From Planctomycetota bacterium (GTDB taxonomy: Bacteria > Planctomycetota > SZUA-567 > H5-PLA8): a stretch of 64,000 nt of DNA. The DNA is taken from NCBI GenBank assembly GCA_038227875.1, contig JBBRPR010000002.1:96001-160000 (forward strand), given 5' to 3'. Under the pieces are notes generated by a model that saw nothing but the letters and a program-made list of their open reading frames with translations, was not told the origin of the DNA and did not search any database. Numbering within the stretch: the first letter of the stretch is position 1; every line of letters starts with the position of its first letter. Positions 62,688 through 64,000 of this stretch are shown piece after piece. The translations under genes and the position numbers were made by a program.

Positions 62688-64000
62688 ATGAACTCTGAGG
62701 ACAATGCGCTCGACGCCGCGTTGCGCGATCCGTTGACCGGGCTTTTCAACCGCGCCTATTTTCAACGCGAAGTTGAAAGCACGCTGCGCCGCGCAGTCCG
62801 TTCGCAAAATGCCTTCTCGGTGTTGCTGGTTCGCATCGTACACTTGGAGAAAGTGCAACAGTCCGGCGGCACCGAAGCCGCCGATCGCGTGCGCATCGCC
62901 TTTGCCAACGCCGTTCGGACCACGCTGCGTTCGACCGACGAAATCGCGCGCCACGAAAACGACGACCTGTTGATTCTACTCCCCGACACCGGTGGCCTGG
63001 TCGCCGAGCATGTCGCCGGGAAGCTGGTCGATCCACTGCTTGAGGCGGCTGCGCATCACGAACCGGTGGTGTCATTCGCGATCGGCATTGCGACCTATCC
63101 GGACAATGCCGTCGACGTGAAGAATCTGATGCTTCACGCGCTCGAGGCGCTGACCTCGGCGCTGGAAGCTGAACTCCCCAGCATCGTGCGCTCTGTTTAT
63201 GCCGCGCCGCTGCCGCCGCCGGCCTGGGTCTCGCGACAACTCTCGCGCGAGACCAGCGCTCAGTTGGTTGCGCGGCGGAAAACGCCCGACGTACTGGAGG
63301 CCTGGGAACGCCACACGCTGACCGGCACGGACACGCCATTGCGCGCGGAAGACTGGAAGAGCGTGATGGGCACGTGGCGACTGGACGGTGACGAATGGGT
63401 TTCGGAAGGCAGCACCACCAGCGTGCTGGTCTCGAGGATTCCCATCGTCGGCTCGTTTCAGTTCGTGTGCGAAGCCTGGAACGAAGGCCCCGGTGAAATT
63501 TCAATCCTCGGCCATTCGTTCGAGGGAAAAAACTCGGCGCATTGGGGTTACGCGTTCCACGTCGGCGCCGATGGCAACACCTGCACCAAATTGACGCGGC
63601 TGGGCATGACGGTGATGACGCTCCCCGATTGCACGATCGAACCCAACCGGCATTACCAGCTCGAAATGCATTACGACGACGGCGAAGGCCGCCTGACGTG
63701 TTTTCTCAACGGGCAACGTCTCTTCGACTACCAGGAACGCCGCCGCTTTCCGGGATATCAAATCGGCCTCTACGCCTGGGGTGCCGGCGCGCATATCAAG
63801 CCGCTGGAAATCCGCTGCATCAAACACCGCCGGCTTTCGGCGATGGACCTGGCCGATGAACTGATGCAGGAAGGTTCCCACGAGTTGGCGCTGCAGAGCT
63901 ACACGGCGCTCTATTCCAGTTGCACTACGCCGCTGGAAGCCGCGCAAGCCCGGCTGAAAAGCGCCGTCTGCCTGATTGCGATGAACAAGGCCGTCGAAGG
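62688..64000 (+). CDS. degenerate GGDEF-domain protein fused to a beta-sandwich domain and TPR-like helices (runs off the window)
   Basis: MNSEDNALDAALRDPLTGLFNRAYF..LRSTDEIARHENDDLLILLPDT..FAIGIATYP; missing from the ORF track because no stop lies in the window. Confidence 0.85.
   Translation, partial: MNSEDNALDAALRDPLTGLFNRAYFQREVESTLRRAVRSQNAFSVLLVRIVHLEKVQQSGGTEAADRVRIAFANAVRTTLRSTDEIARHENDDLLILLPDTGGLVAEHVAGKLVDPLLEAAAHHEPVVSFAIGIATYPDNAVDVKNLMLHALEALTSALEAELPSIVRSVYAAPLPPPAWVSRQLSRETSAQLVARRKTPDVLEAWERHTLTGTDTPLRAEDWKSVMGTWRLDGDEWVSEGSTTSVLVSRIPIVGSFQFVCEAWNEGPGEISILGHSFEGKNSAHWGYAFHVGADGNTCTKLTRLGMTVMTLPDCTIEPNRHYQLEMHYDDGEGRLTCFLNGQRLFDYQERRRFPGYQIGLYAWGAGAHIKPLEIRCIKHRRLSAMDLADELMQEGSHELALQSYTALYSSCTTPLEAAQARLKSAVCLIAMNKAVE

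Overview
GC-rich bacterial chromosome segment, most likely from a planctomycete (inferred from the many large secreted proteins, HEAT-like modules, an ECF sigma/anti-sigma pair and prepilin-type genes). Housekeeping genes are mutM, a ubiA-family gene, purC, purL, ribE, glcE/glcF, thrS and infC. Accessory loci are an ECF sigma with an STN-domain anti-sigma and a secreted paralog, a Mo/W ABC operon with two-domain ModA plus MoaD and a HesA-like E1, a cluster of large secreted enzymes, and a minor-pseudopilin operon facing a degenerate GGDEF protein. No rRNA, tRNA, CRISPR array or transposase was recognised. The strongest observations from direct reading are: (1) an unannotated 47-aa mini-IF3 ORF between thrS and the ATT-initiated infC; (2) a shared TGTWC-N8-GWACA palindrome at four upstream sites that may tie 22-38 kb into one regulon; (3) several intergenic repeat families built from 7-mers, including a ~178-bp hairpin element in three copies; (4) a ~2.2-kb cassette bounded by diverged ~150-bp inverted repeats, holding a 12 x 10-bp phased array and a DUF2262-like gene; (5) a structured thrS leader with a leader peptide and terminator; (6) an in-frame amber stop in a pseudopilin gene. 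Family names come from motif recognition by eye, not database searches.
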